Source: an uncultured Lentisphaerales bacterium (GTDB lineage Bacteria > Verrucomicrobiota > Lentisphaeria > JABSQK01 > UBA12247). From it: a DNA stretch of 46,343 bases. Positions 1 through 9,739 of this stretch are shown in pieces; position 1 is the first letter of the stretch; each line of letters opens with the position of its first letter. The notes beneath the pieces are model-generated. The model worked only from the letters and a program-made list of their open reading frames with translations. It had not been told where the DNA came from and ran no database searches. Made by a program: the position numbers and the translations under genes. Location: NCBI GenBank assembly GCA_943788985.1, contig CALSSJ010000019.1, positions 1 through 46,343 on the forward strand, written 5' to 3'.

Positions 1-1076
1 GGACCACCCCCAAGGGTGAGTTGTATAACGCGCATGAAATTCTGCCGACGGTAACACCGCTGGCAACTGGCGACAACGGCAACAAGAAGCAGGGCGAGCA
101 GGTTTGTATCTGGGTGAACCAGTGCGAGAAAACCCGGATCTTTGGGACCTCGATGGGCCATCATAACGAGACCATGCAGCAGCCGGTCTACGGAGACCTG
201 CTGACTCGAGGCCTACTTTGGGCCTGCGATCGCTTGCCAGAAGCTGAGAAGCCGGAGCCAAGAAAGATCTGCCTGGTCGCTGGCAAGGACAGTCATGGAC
301 GCGACGCGCATGCCCATGGCCCCGGCCTGCACTTCCTCAGGGACGAACTGACCGCTCACGCTCCCGGCGTTGAAGTGGCCTTGCATAAAGGCGGCTGGCC
401 TCAAGATCCGGCATTTTTCGAAGGCGCAGATGCCATCGTGATCTATTGTGACGGCGGGCGCAGGCATGTCACCATGAACCATCGTGATGCGCTGGACACA
501 ATGGCCGCGGCGGGAGTGGGAATCGGCTGCATTCACTACGCTGTGGAGATGCCCAAAGGCGAACCAGGCGATGCCTTGTGCGGCTGGATCGGCGGCTATT
601 TCGAGACCCACTGGTCGGTGAATCCACACTGGACTGCCGACTTCACCACCTTGCCCACGCACGCCGTAACCCAAGGCCTGTCGCCGTTTCAGCTGCATGA
701 TGAATGGTACTTTCACATGCGCTTTAACGAGGGAATGAAGGGCGTGGCTCCGCTGCTATCCGCGGTGCCACCCGAAAGCACAATCACCCGCAAGGACGGT
801 CCCCATAGCAACAACCCGACTGTTCGCGAGGAAGTGAAGGCGGGAGTACCGCAGCATGTGGCGTGGGTGACGACACGCGAGGACGGCGGCCGCGGCTTTG
901 GTGTCACCGGTGGGCATTTTCACAAGAGCTGGCAGGAAGACAACTTCCGTAAGCTGGTGCTGAACGCGATCCTCTGGATTGCCCATGAGGATGTGCCGGA
1001 GGGCGGGGTCCCCAGCCCGACGCCGAGTGATGTGCTTCTGGAATCTTACTTGAACAAATATGGAGGGAAGAAGTGA
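1..1076 (+). CDS. ThuA-like (trehalose utilisation, class I GATase-like fold) multi-domain protein, 5' partial
   Basis: Frame is open from the window edge. It contains the end of one ThuA-like domain (RIFGTSMGH...LLTRGLLWA) and a full second one (LVAGKDSHG...H, GIGCIHYAVE, DEWYFHMRF, GGRGFGVTGGHFH..W, LVLNAILW). Confidence 0.8.
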   Translation, partial: TTPKGELYNAHEILPTVTPLATGDNGNKKQGEQVCIWVNQCEKTRIFGTSMGHHNETMQQPVYGDLLTRGLLWACDRLPEAEKPEPRKICLVAGKDSHGRDAHAHGPGLHFLRDELTAHAPGVEVALHKGGWPQDPAFFEGADAIVIYCDGGRRHVTMNHRDALDTMAAAGVGIGCIHYAVEMPKGEPGDALCGWIGGYFETHWSVNPHWTADFTTLPTHAVTQGLSPFQLHDEWYFHMRFNEGMKGVAPLLSAVPPESTITRKDGPHSNNPTVREEVKAGVPQHVAWVTTREDGGRGFGVTGGHFHKSWQEDNFRKLVLNAILWIAHEDVPEGGVPSPTPSDVLLESYLNKYGGKK

Positions 1077-2337
1077 TGGAACCCATAACTCGCAAAAATT
1101 TCATTGGGAATGCGGCGGCTGTTGGCGCCACACTGAGTAGTTTTTCGGTGTTAACTTCCCGTGGTGAAGCTTCGGGACGAGTGTTCAAGGCAGCCTTGGT
1201 CGGTTGCGGTGGCCGCGGAAATGGCGCGGCAAAGAACCTGACCGCCGCTGCCAAGCAACTTGGTGTAAGCATTCAGTGGGTGGCAGCAGCAGATTGGTTC
1301 GACGAAAAGGCCAAGCGCTGCGGCAAGAAATTCGAAATCCCAGAAGCCCGCTGTTACGGCGGTGCCGACGGCTATCGCAAGGTGATGGAAAGCGATGCCG
1401 AGATCGTGGTGCAGGCCACAACGCCAAACTTCCGACCGCTGCATCTTGAGGCAGCTGTGGCTGCAGGCAAGCATAGCTTTGTCGAGAAACCCGTGGCCGT
1501 AGACCCGCCCGGAGCCAGGCGCATTATCGCTGTTGGCGAGCAGGCCAAGCAGAAGGCCCTGGCGATCGTGGCCGGGACACAGCGTCGTCATGAAGCACGA
1601 TATCGCGCTGCAGCCCATCAGATCCACAACGGTGCCATCGGCGATATTCTGAACGGACAGGTGTACTGGCTCGGCAGGGTGCCGTGGATCCGACCGCGCA
1701 AGCCCGGCCAGAATGACCCAGACTACTTGATTCAAAACTGGCTGAACTGGTCCATGATGTCCGGCGATCATATCTGCGAACAGCACGTTCATAATCTGGA
1801 TGTGGCGAACTGGTTTATCGGGAGAAACCCGGTGATGGCCAATGGCTTTGGTGGACGCAGGCAAGCGCACCACCGGCGATCAGTACGATTTCTTCAGCAT
1901 TGACTTTGACTATGGCGAGGGCTGTCATGTCCAGAGCATGTGTCGCCAGATCGCTGGCTGCTACTCACGGGTCGGTGAAGTCTTTGCCGGAACGGAAGGC
2001 ACGTACAGCGGCAAGATCAAGTCTCGCGCCGGGCTCGACATCAAGGTGCCCACCTTCCGTGAGGGAAACCCCTACGTGAACGAGCACTACCATATGCTCG
2101 AGAGCATCATCGCAGAGAAGCCACTCAATGAGGCGGAGACGGTTGCCAACGCCACCATGGCGGCGATTATGGGCCGTATCTCCGCGTACACGGGACAGAT
2201 CGTGCGGTGGAGTGACGTGATGGATAACGAGAAATCACGATTCTACAACTACGCCGTGGGCCCGACCGCCGAAGATTTCGAAACCGGAAATGTAGTTGCC
2301 CCCGAGGATGACGTGATTTCCCTGCCACCCCGCGTAG
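1076..2337 (+). CDS. Gfo/Idh/MocA family oxidoreductase with Tat-like signal; two apparent +1 frameshifts (probable sequencing errors)
   Basis: TRKNFI leader, ALVGCGGRG, FVEKPVA, GTQRRH, GDHICEQHVHNLDV. ORFs 1073..1903 and 1842..2501 join at about 1860 (GFGGR/GKRTTGDQYD). Removing one C from the run at 2328-2331 gives LPPA* ending at 2337. Start overlaps the upstream stop (TGATG). Confidence 0.85.
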
Positions 2338-2440
2338 GCCGGGAGCGCGGGCGGATCGCCCGCGTCACCTCGCGGCGCACCAGAAAGTCAGCTCTACGTC
2401 CTACGTTGGCGTTCATAACTGCAGGCCCGTTGATTCAATG

Positions 2441-2558
2441 TCGTCCTCGTCCTCATCCTTCTACACACCTCGTATCGGATTGGGTTGAGGAGAGAGGTTG
2501 ACGGCGTGGTAACTTGGAATCGTCCACCTGGTCCCCCCGGAAGGAGTCGTGTACACAG
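2441..2558. repeat. Dispersed repeat / MITE-like element, copy 1
   Basis: Shares ctcgtatcggattgggttgag, gagagaggttgacgg, atcgtccacctggtc and gaaggagtcgtgt.cacag with 45476-45648. Confidence 0.8.
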
Positions 2559-2765
2559 CGCCCCCCTTTTGGCAGGGCTGTCTACCAAAGTCGGAACCAT
2601 AGAAACCAATGATTGATCTCGCAGACAGGCCCGTATGGGTGACTCAGAAGACATAGTGAGCGTGGGGGTGCGCTTATTGCTATCTTTCTTCTTGTCTTTG
2701 GGCAAAATAGCCATTTTTTGCGCAGTGATTTCCCTAACAATTCACACAGCTTGAGCATTGCTTCC

Positions 2766-3949
2766 GTGAATACTACTATCTTATCGTTTCTCGTTTTTAC
2801 CGGATTGGTCGGGCTCATTACTTGGATCATGACTCGGAAGGACGACCACGGGAGTAGCGACGGCTATTTTCTCGGTGGCCGCAGTCTGACCTTTCCCTTT
2901 ATTGCCGGGTCTCTTTTATTAACCAACTTATCCACCTAACAGCTTGTCGGACTAAATGGCTCGGCTTCTTCATACTGCGGCCCCCGAACGATTTAACTCG
3001 ATCGGCGCGCCAGATCAATCCGTTCCGTTTGGCACAATTTTACCGGCGTGTTGCTGCTGAATCTATTCTACTGGTGTACCAATCAGCAGATCATTCAGCG
3101 TACCTTTGGCGCCTCCAGCTTGGAGGAAGGACAGAAAGGCGTATTGCTCACGGCTGGCTTAGAGCTGCTGGGGCCGGTTTATCTGGTGATTCCGGGCATG
3201 ATTGCCTTCTATCTATTCTCGTCCGACCCTGAATTCAAGAGCGTGAACGCCTACGGAACATTGGTGAAGACTGTTCTGCCCCCTTACCTGACTGGCTTCT
3301 TTGCGGCCGCCATGGTGGGAGCCATCTTGAGTTCATTCAACTCCGCCTTGAACTCGACCTGCACACTTTTCAGTCTCGGCTTTTATAAAAATGTGCTGAA
3401 TAAAGGAGCCGATGAGGCCCAAGTTGTTCGATCAGGAAAATGGTTCGGCCTGATTATCGCAACTACGTCAATACTCATTGCCCCAATGCTAGACGGACAG
3501 GATAAGATTTTTGACTACCTGCAGAAGACGAACGGCATCTATTTCATCCTCCTATTTGCTGTCGTGATTGTCGGCATGCTGAGTAAGCGGGTTCCCGCAT
3601 TGTCCGCGAAAGTGGGAATGATCGTGGGCTTCACCATGATCCCATTTTCTATTTTGTGCCGGTGGGTATAAAGCTGGTCGCAGGAATAAATGGGTTTCAC
3701 TTTCTGGGCCTGGCGGTTGCGATCATCATTGCAGTGATGCTTATCATTGCAAAACTTCATACCCGAGCTGAGGATTTAGTTCAGGAGGACGTTAAGGCAG
3801 TTGACATGACGCCCTGGAAGCACGGCAAGCTGGCCGGAATTGTTCTTTGCCTACTTGTCGTTTTAATCTATGCAAAATTTGCGGACTTTTCAGCCTTGGG
3901 CAAGCAGGCACCTGAGCCGGCCAAGCCAGCTCTAGAGCAAAGCGAGTAG
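2766..3949 (+). pseudogene. Sodium:solute symporter (SSS, YidK-like) pseudogene
   Basis: GYFLGGRSL, LTNLST*QLVGLNG (TAA at 2937 where Glu is expected), FYWCTNQQIIQR, GAILSSFNSALNS. Large internal deletion near 2970-2985 and -1 frameshifts near 3040 and 3642. Confidence 0.85.
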
Positions 3950-4080
3950 GCGTTCTCCCAAATACGCTACCGCTATCTCTTTCACGATTCAGATAGCTGT
4001 CGACAGGATTAACAGGATTCATTCCGGGAGCCCAGGCGAGGCCCCGCGGCGATTCTGCCTCCCCAGGCAATTTTGCCCCA

Positions 4081-4260
4081 TGCCCCACTCGCCGCGACCG
4101 GCACAGCCGGAGGCGTGCTAGGAGACAGGACGAAGACGACGAGCGCCAACACGGGGATCCAGTGCACATGGCCGAAGTCGTCTGGCTGCTCTTACGCTAG
4201 CGCCCAGACCGCGCGCCAAAACGGCAGCTAGAGGGCAAGCGTGGCGAGGAGCGAACACCC
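4081..4260 (-). pseudogene. Possible N-terminal relic of an exosortase-family membrane protein
   Basis: Minus-strand translation LLATLAL*LPFWRAVWALA*EQPDDFGHVHWIPVLALVVFV resembles the exosortase N-terminal pattern LYxP...W...DYSH...IP. Two in-frame stops. Confidence 0.3.
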
Positions 4261-4569
4261 GCGTCCCAGCACGTGCTATACTGGCACCTCAATGATATCG
4301 AAGCGAAGCCCATCGCGCACCCTGCACCACAGTTCTTTCAGGCTACGCGAGGATTCTTCGGCAGGGTGAGGTTATTGACATGGTGCACATCTCTTGATCA
4401 GGAGAATTGTTTCGGGAAGGTCGCAGCGCCAGGTGTCGCTGTTTACCGAACTCGCAAGCAGGAAGAATCCAATCATGGGACCAATTCTGCCCACGCCGGG
4501 AGTTGTCGATGAAGTCAGAGGCGGTGCTGATCCTACCGCCGCCTAGTCGCCAGAACAATACCGCGATTC

Positions 4570-5277
4570 TCAACGAAGCCGGAGCTCCCGCTCACCGGGC
4601 TGCTCGTCAAATTTCAAGGCACCAAAATAAGCAGGGAGATGGAAGTTCGGCCTGGGAAAGTCGACGATGGTCCAGGTCAGCCAGTGAGGATGAGACGTCT
4701 TATCGGCGCATTTGTAAAGGTTTGCCCTCCAGGTCACATCCTTGGCAGGGAGGACGGCAGCCGGGCAGTATTTCCTGAGGACAGTAAACGGCAAGCGGTA
4801 TTCGATGGTCCAGGTCGTGGGATCCTTGATCTCTGGATCCACACGTTTCGGAAGCGTATGAGCAATGGTGACACGGTCGGCGTCTGTGGCCGCCACGGGG
4901 ATGGACTCGGTGGCGTTCGGATGCCACTCGAAGAGCATCGTTCCCCCACAATTGATTTCGATATTAAAATAGAAATCGCTAAGCGCGGGTGCCGGTGTGA
5001 AGAACAACTCAGCGCAGCTGTCCAGGCACACGGGATCCTGGTAGGTCTGCGCTACGGCTCGCACGTAGCGATCCTCAACCCGAAAGATGACATAGAGAGC
5101 CGTTTCATCCCAGGCGAGTTTGGCCAATACCTTTGGCCGGTGGCTGGGCTCCGCGCCCATGTGGTTGTTGATCAGCAGTGGCTGGATTGCTTGCCACGCT
5201 GGCTTATCCCAGTCGGCATCAATTGCGATGGAGTCAAAGAGCTTCGCGACGCTATAGACCGGTGGCTCTTTTTCCAT
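4570..5277 (-). CDS. Carbohydrate-binding family 9-like (CBM9_2/DOMON-like) protein
   Basis: IDADWDKPAW, LAWDETALYVIF, DSCAELF, YFNIEINCGG, WTIEYRLPF, WRANLYKC, PNFHLP.YFG motifs. Confidence 0.8.
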   Translation of the reverse strand: MEKEPPVYSVAKLFDSIAIDADWDKPAWQAIQPLLINNHMGAEPSHRPKVLAKLAWDETALYVIFRVEDRYVRAVAQTYQDPVCLDSCAELFFTPAPALSDFYFNIEINCGGTMLFEWHPNATESIPVAATDADRVTIAHTLPKRVDPEIKDPTTWTIEYRLPFTVLRKYCPAAVLPAKDVTWRANLYKCADKTSHPHWLTWTIVDFPRPNFHLPAYFGALKFDEQPGERELRLR

Positions 5278-5319
5278 CTTCGAGGCCCTCCGCTGGCACG
5301 AATAGGACGCACTTTAGGT

Positions 5320-5533
5320 TTAACAGGGCCGTTCGTCCTACATGATTGACATGCAGCGGTTGCAGCACCACGCCGATAGCGCCCGTCTCACCTGCTGCTC
5401 GGAGTTTTCGCACCGCGTCACGCGCCGCAGGTAGGGTCGCGATGGGGCCGCCTGGCGAGACGTTAATCTCTGCTGCGAATAGAACCGGGGCGGCAATAGA
5501 TACGATTAATGCGAATCGGATCAGAGTCTTCAT
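5320..5533 (-). pseudogene. Relic of a secreted right-handed beta-helix (pectin-lyase-fold) protein
   Basis: Signal peptide plus VSPGGPIATLPAARDAVRKLR...GVVL, typical of the N-terminus of such proteins. It is followed directly by QPLHVNHVG, which resembles their C-terminal motif. The middle is missing. Confidence 0.5.
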
Positions 5534-5758
5534 CTTCTTGGCACCTGATTCTGGTATGTGGCATGGTCATATTGGTCAGTCCACAAAAAGAAGCTGTGTG
5601 GAAAACTGAAACCTACTCTCTATGCCGCCGATATTCTAGACGACGTGGCGAAACCCAAAAATCGGGCAGCCTAGTCCAGCAGGGAGGGGGGGCGAAGGGC
5701 GACTGGGGCGGTAAAGATTTTTTTGCCTCATCCTTCTTCATTCCCGACGTACCTGCTC

Positions 5759-6427
5759 CTATGGCAGCATTTTGACCATGAGATCCTTGAACTCTACGTG
5801 ACTCTTGGGATCGTGAGCTTGGATCGCAAAGGTGCCTTCGCTTAACTGCCGCTTGGGACGGTCCAGGTCGTCTGGCTCCGTGTAGTCCACGGTCTGCTTG
5901 CCATTGATCTTAATGATGATCTGTTTGCCGTCCACCTTGATGTGGTAGTCGAACCACTCGTTGTCTTTGACCGGAGATTTATTCAGGACATCCTGAATGG
6001 CGTAGAGCCCGCCCGTCTTCTTATTGTCCTTGTGCGTATTGTTGACCTGGGCTTCATAGCCCGTGTTGGGCCAGCCCTTGTCTTGGAACTTGCTATGGAA
6101 GTACAGCCCTGAGTTCGAGCCCGGTGTGATGTAGACCTTGGCCTTGAACTCGAAGTTTTTGAAGGTACCATCGTTGACCGTGCCGGTATAGAAAGCGTGG
6201 GTGCGCGGCCCTTTTACCACGATCTTGCCGTCTTTGGCGGTGATCGACGAAGGGTTCTCGCCGTTGACCGTCCAGCCGTCCAGATTTTTGCCATTAAACA
6301 GACTGATCCAGCCTGCTTCAGACTCGTCGGCGGCCGACTCACCGGCCCAGGCGATCCCCAGATTCAGCAGCAGAACGATCCCCGTCACACCAGCACCGGC
6401 AGTCTTGAAACACTTCCTTTTATTCAT
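5759..6427 (-). CDS. DUF1080 / 3-keto-disaccharide hydrolase family protein, secreted
   Basis: GWISLFNGKNLDGW, NFEFKA, NSGLYF, GYEAQV, TGGLY, GTFAIQAHD, VEFKD motifs; signal peptide; SD aaggag upstream. Confidence 0.9.
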   Translation of the reverse strand: MNKRKCFKTAGAGVTGIVLLLNLGIAWAGESAADESEAGWISLFNGKNLDGWTVNGENPSSITAKDGKIVVKGPRTHAFYTGTVNDGTFKNFEFKAKVYITPGSNSGLYFHSKFQDKGWPNTGYEAQVNNTHKDNKKTGGLYAIQDVLNKSPVKDNEWFDYHIKVDGKQIIIKINGKQTVDYTEPDDLDRPKRQLSEGTFAIQAHDPKSHVEFKDLMVKMLP

Positions 6428-6749
6428 GCGAACTCCTTTTTATTTAGTAGCAGCTGTACCGTCAGACGAATACGTACAGTCGGTGTATACAAGGATCGCG
6501 TCAACCGCTCAGCCCATTTCTCGCGTGCATCTTGGGGGTGAACGTCTCCTGTGAGCGCGGGCGTGCCGTGTCCAGTGAACTCGCAACGCTCTCTCTTTCC
6601 CGTTCTTTTTCTCAGAATCTTTACTGATTCTGCTATTCTATGAGGCAACAGAGGCGAATGCCTGCTTCAGAATAGTGGCAATCACTTTGATGCCCGCATG
6701 TACCATCGCTTCATCCTGAGAGTAGGTCACTGTGATAGACTCGTTGTGG

Positions 6750-7390
6750 TGCGCCCAATGATCGTCGGCGACCTGCTCGTGCGCTTGGAGTAGGACGCCA
6801 GCCCGGACAACACAGTGATTGTGTATGCGTCGGAACACGGTGAAATGGCCGGTGAGCATGGGCTGTGGTGGAAGAATCGCTGGCATGAAGCAAGCGCTCG
6901 CATTCCCTCGCTGATTTCGACGGCGGAGCAGCGGCGGGAAGCTGCGCTTACGGGAGTTTGTCAGGCTCCTCTAGCGTTGATCGATCTGTTCCGGACTTTG
7001 CTCAGTCTGGCCGGGGCAGTACCAGCTGCGGAGCTAGACGGCGAAGATCTGTCGGCGGTGCTGGTCGGCGGCCCCGCACCGGACGATCCGGTGGTCACGG
7101 ATTCACTGGCACCGCGCTGGTGCAAGGGCACAGAGTTTCGCATGGTCCGGCAAGGGCGCTATGACTACGGGCGGTTTCACGATGCCCTGCCGCTGGCGTT
7201 CGATCTGGAGAACGATCCAGAAAAACAGCGTAACCTTTTGCCTGAAGCAGAGATTCCTGCGGGGTTCGCACTTCCGCTGGCGACGGGCGGAAATGTCTAC
7301 ACGATGCCGGACGGTCGGCTGGTGAAGGCAGACGAGACGCTGCATCATCTGGTACAGGTGGGGACGTTGGTAGATTTTTCGGACCGGTGA
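6750..7390 (+). pseudogene. Sulfatase (choline-sulfatase-like) C-terminal fragment
   Basis: GDLLVRLE*DASPDNTVIVYASEHGEMAGEHGLWWK...EASARIP, LIDLFRTL, FDLENDP. In-frame TAG at about 6791, SDHG changed to SEHG, no N-terminal CxPxR seen. Confidence 0.75.
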
Positions 7391-7491
7391 GGTGCTTGAT
7401 GCAGCGCAATCGAGGTTCCGCAATCGAAGCTTCTGCGCACTTGGCTATTGTATGTACTTTTGCTTCTGACCCACTCTCGTTGGACTTCTCT

Positions 7492-9135
7492 ATGCAGCCT
7501 CTTACGCATCTCCCGTTTTCCGACAAGCGCACTGGCCCTGTCGTATTGTGTATCATGGATGGAGTAGCCTATGGCAAGCGGCCAGAAGGCGATGCGGTGG
7601 CAGCTGCTTATACACCGACGCTGGATGCCTTGCATGAGAGTAGCCTGAACGTTCGCTTAAAGGCGCATGGCAGCGCTGTGGGGATGCCGAGCGAAGACGA
7701 TATGGGCAATAGCGAAGTGGGGCATAATGCGATCGGAGCTGGACGGGTATTTGCGCAGGGGGCCAAGCTGGTGAATCAGGCGATCGCGAGTGGCAGACTG
7801 TTCGAGGGTGAGACCTGGAAGGCTGTGATGAGCCAGGCGCAAGGAAGCACGCTGCATTTAATTGGTCTCTTATCGGACGGCAATGTGCACGCACACATTG
7901 ATCATTGGAAGGCCTTTGTGCGGCGGGCTGCTGCCGACGGGGTCGAGAAGATTCGGTTGCACACGTTGTTGGATGGACGTGACGTGGGCGAAACTTCGGC
8001 TTTGGAGTACATCGAGCCGATCGAAGCAGTGCTTGCGGAACTCAATGCTGCCGGTGCCGACTGTCGGATCGCTTCCGGCGGTGGCCGGATGTTTTTGACG
8101 ATGGATCGCTACGATGCCGATTGGTCGATGGTGCAGCGTGGCTGGGATACCCACGTGCATGGACAGGGCCGTCAGTTCAGCAGTGTAAGTGAAGCGATTA
8201 CGACGCTGCGAAAAGAAACCGGTGCAATTGACCAAGATCTGGGCGCGTTCGTGATTGGCGAGGATGGAGAGCCTGTGGGTGCCATTCAGGACGGCGATGC
8301 TGTGGTGATGATGAATTTTCGTGGCGATCGAGCGATCGAGCTGACCAAGGCCTTCGAATTCGATGAGTTGGACAAGATTGACCGTGGCGTGCGTCCGGAT
8401 GTTCTGTACGCTGGCATGATGTCGTACGACTCGGATCAGGGCTTGCCGGAGAAGTTCTTGGTGGACCCACCGGAGTTGGACCGGACGATCGGCGAGTACC
8501 TGGCGACGACCGGCGTCCGGCAATTCGCGATCAGCGAAACGCAGAAGTTTGGGCATGTTACGTATTTCTTCAACGGGAATCGCTCGGATAAGTTCGATGA
8601 GGCACTGGAGACCTATGTCGAAGTACCATCCGATCGGCTGCCTTTCGAACAGCGTCCGTGGATGAAGGCGGCTGAGATCACGGATTTGGTGATCGAACAG
8701 CTCCGAAGCCGGGAAGGGCGCTACTTCATGCGCATCAATATGCCGAATGGCGATATGGTCGGGCATACAGGGAACTTTTTGGCGGCGCAGATTTCGGTGG
8801 AAGCCGTAGATCTGTGTCTGGCACGGCTGTTGCCGGAGGTGGAGGCCGCTGGCGGTGTATTGATCGTGACGGCAGACCACGGGAATGCGGACGAGATGTA
8901 CGAGTTCGACAAGAAGACCGGCGAGGTCAAGGTCGAAAATGGGAAGCGAAAGGCGAAGACCAGTCACACGCTGAATCCTGTCCCGTGTCTGATCTTTGAC
9001 CCGGCCTATGAGGGCGAATACGAGCTGGCGTCGTTGGATACGCCGGGCATTTCATCGCTGACCGCGACTTGCCTGAACTTGCTTGGCTTCGCGGCGCCGG
9101 AAGATTACGACCCATCGTTGATTCAATTTAAATAG
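7492..9135 (+). CDS. gpmI: 2,3-bisphosphoglycerate-independent phosphoglycerate mutase
   Basis: VLCIMDG, MGNSEVGH, GLLSDGNVH, LDGRD, MDR, NFRGDR, ETQKFGHVTYFFNG, NGDMVGHTG, TADHGNAD, HTLNPVP. ATG 7492 preferred over GTG 7387. Confidence 0.96.
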   Translation: MQPLTHLPFSDKRTGPVVLCIMDGVAYGKRPEGDAVAAAYTPTLDALHESSLNVRLKAHGSAVGMPSEDDMGNSEVGHNAIGAGRVFAQGAKLVNQAIASGRLFEGETWKAVMSQAQGSTLHLIGLLSDGNVHAHIDHWKAFVRRAAADGVEKIRLHTLLDGRDVGETSALEYIEPIEAVLAELNAAGADCRIASGGGRMFLTMDRYDADWSMVQRGWDTHVHGQGRQFSSVSEAITTLRKETGAIDQDLGAFVIGEDGEPVGAIQDGDAVVMMNFRGDRAIELTKAFEFDELDKIDRGVRPDVLYAGMMSYDSDQGLPEKFLVDPPELDRTIGEYLATTGVRQFAISETQKFGHVTYFFNGNRSDKFDEALETYVEVPSDRLPFEQRPWMKAAEITDLVIEQLRSREGRYFMRINMPNGDMVGHTGNFLAAQISVEAVDLCLARLLPEVEAAGGVLIVTADHGNADEMYEFDKKTGEVKVENGKRKAKTSHTLNPVPCLIFDPAYEGEYELASLDTPGISSLTATCLNLLGFAAPEDYDPSLIQFK

Positions 9136-9149
9136 CGGAGGATGGCCTG

Positions 9150-9739
9150 ATGCAGAAATCTTTGAGTGAACTGGCGGCCGCAGGCCTGCTGGGTGGCGCG
9201 TTGCTGGTAACGGACGCCGCGCTTGCCAATGAAGGAATTTCTGTGGATACGCATCGTCTGCAGCCGTTATCTGAGCGAGAGCGTGCCTATTATGCCGTGC
9301 ACGACTGCGCCGGGCTAAACGTGTGCCGTGGGCTTGGCGGCTGCAAGGTGAGCAATGCGACGCTGCATAAGCTGGCTCGCCAGGCTGGCGTGGACCCGTG
9401 GACTGCGGGACTGGCCCATGACTGCGCTGGCAAGAATGAGTGCAAGGGGCTTGGCGGTTGCCGGGTGTCTGCAGAAACGTTTGCGAAACTGAAAGCGCAA
9501 TTGCCGCAGTATAGCGAAGTGCATAACTGTAGTGGCCTGAACAGCTGTCTGGGGACTTGGAGGCTGCAAGGTGACCAAGAATCAGTTGCGCAGGTTGGCG
9601 AAGGCCGCTGGTGTTTTCGGAGGCGGAAGCAGGGGCTGTGCACGACTGCGCTGGGAATAACGCATGCAAGGGCCTCGGTGGTTGCAAAGTATCTGCCGAA
9701 CTCCTTCAGAAACTGAAGGCAGAGAATAGTGCGGAATAG
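9150..9739 (+). CDS. Secreted Cys/His-rich repeat protein (4 x HxCxGxNxCxGLGGC), BufA2/bufferin-precursor-like; two +1 frameshifts
   Basis: SD ggagg and signal peptide ending AALA. Removing one G from 9551-9554 and one T from 9614-9617 restores motifs 3 and 4 and the stop TAG at 9737-9739. Confidence 0.75.

Noticed and set aside
2338..2501. Shared C-terminal peptide LVSDWVE in the oxidoreductase and UbiA ORFs as a sorting tag
   Set aside because: Both arise from frameshift read-through into the dispersed DNA repeat; corrected stops are at 2337 and 45396.
4261..4340. RFDIIEV motif suggesting a YraN-family gene end
   Set aside because: The upstream sequence shows no other YraN features.
7870..8967. 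365-aa antisense ORF (also 4639..5349 + and 1151..1873 -)
   Set aside because: Fully overlap well-supported genes on the opposite strand.
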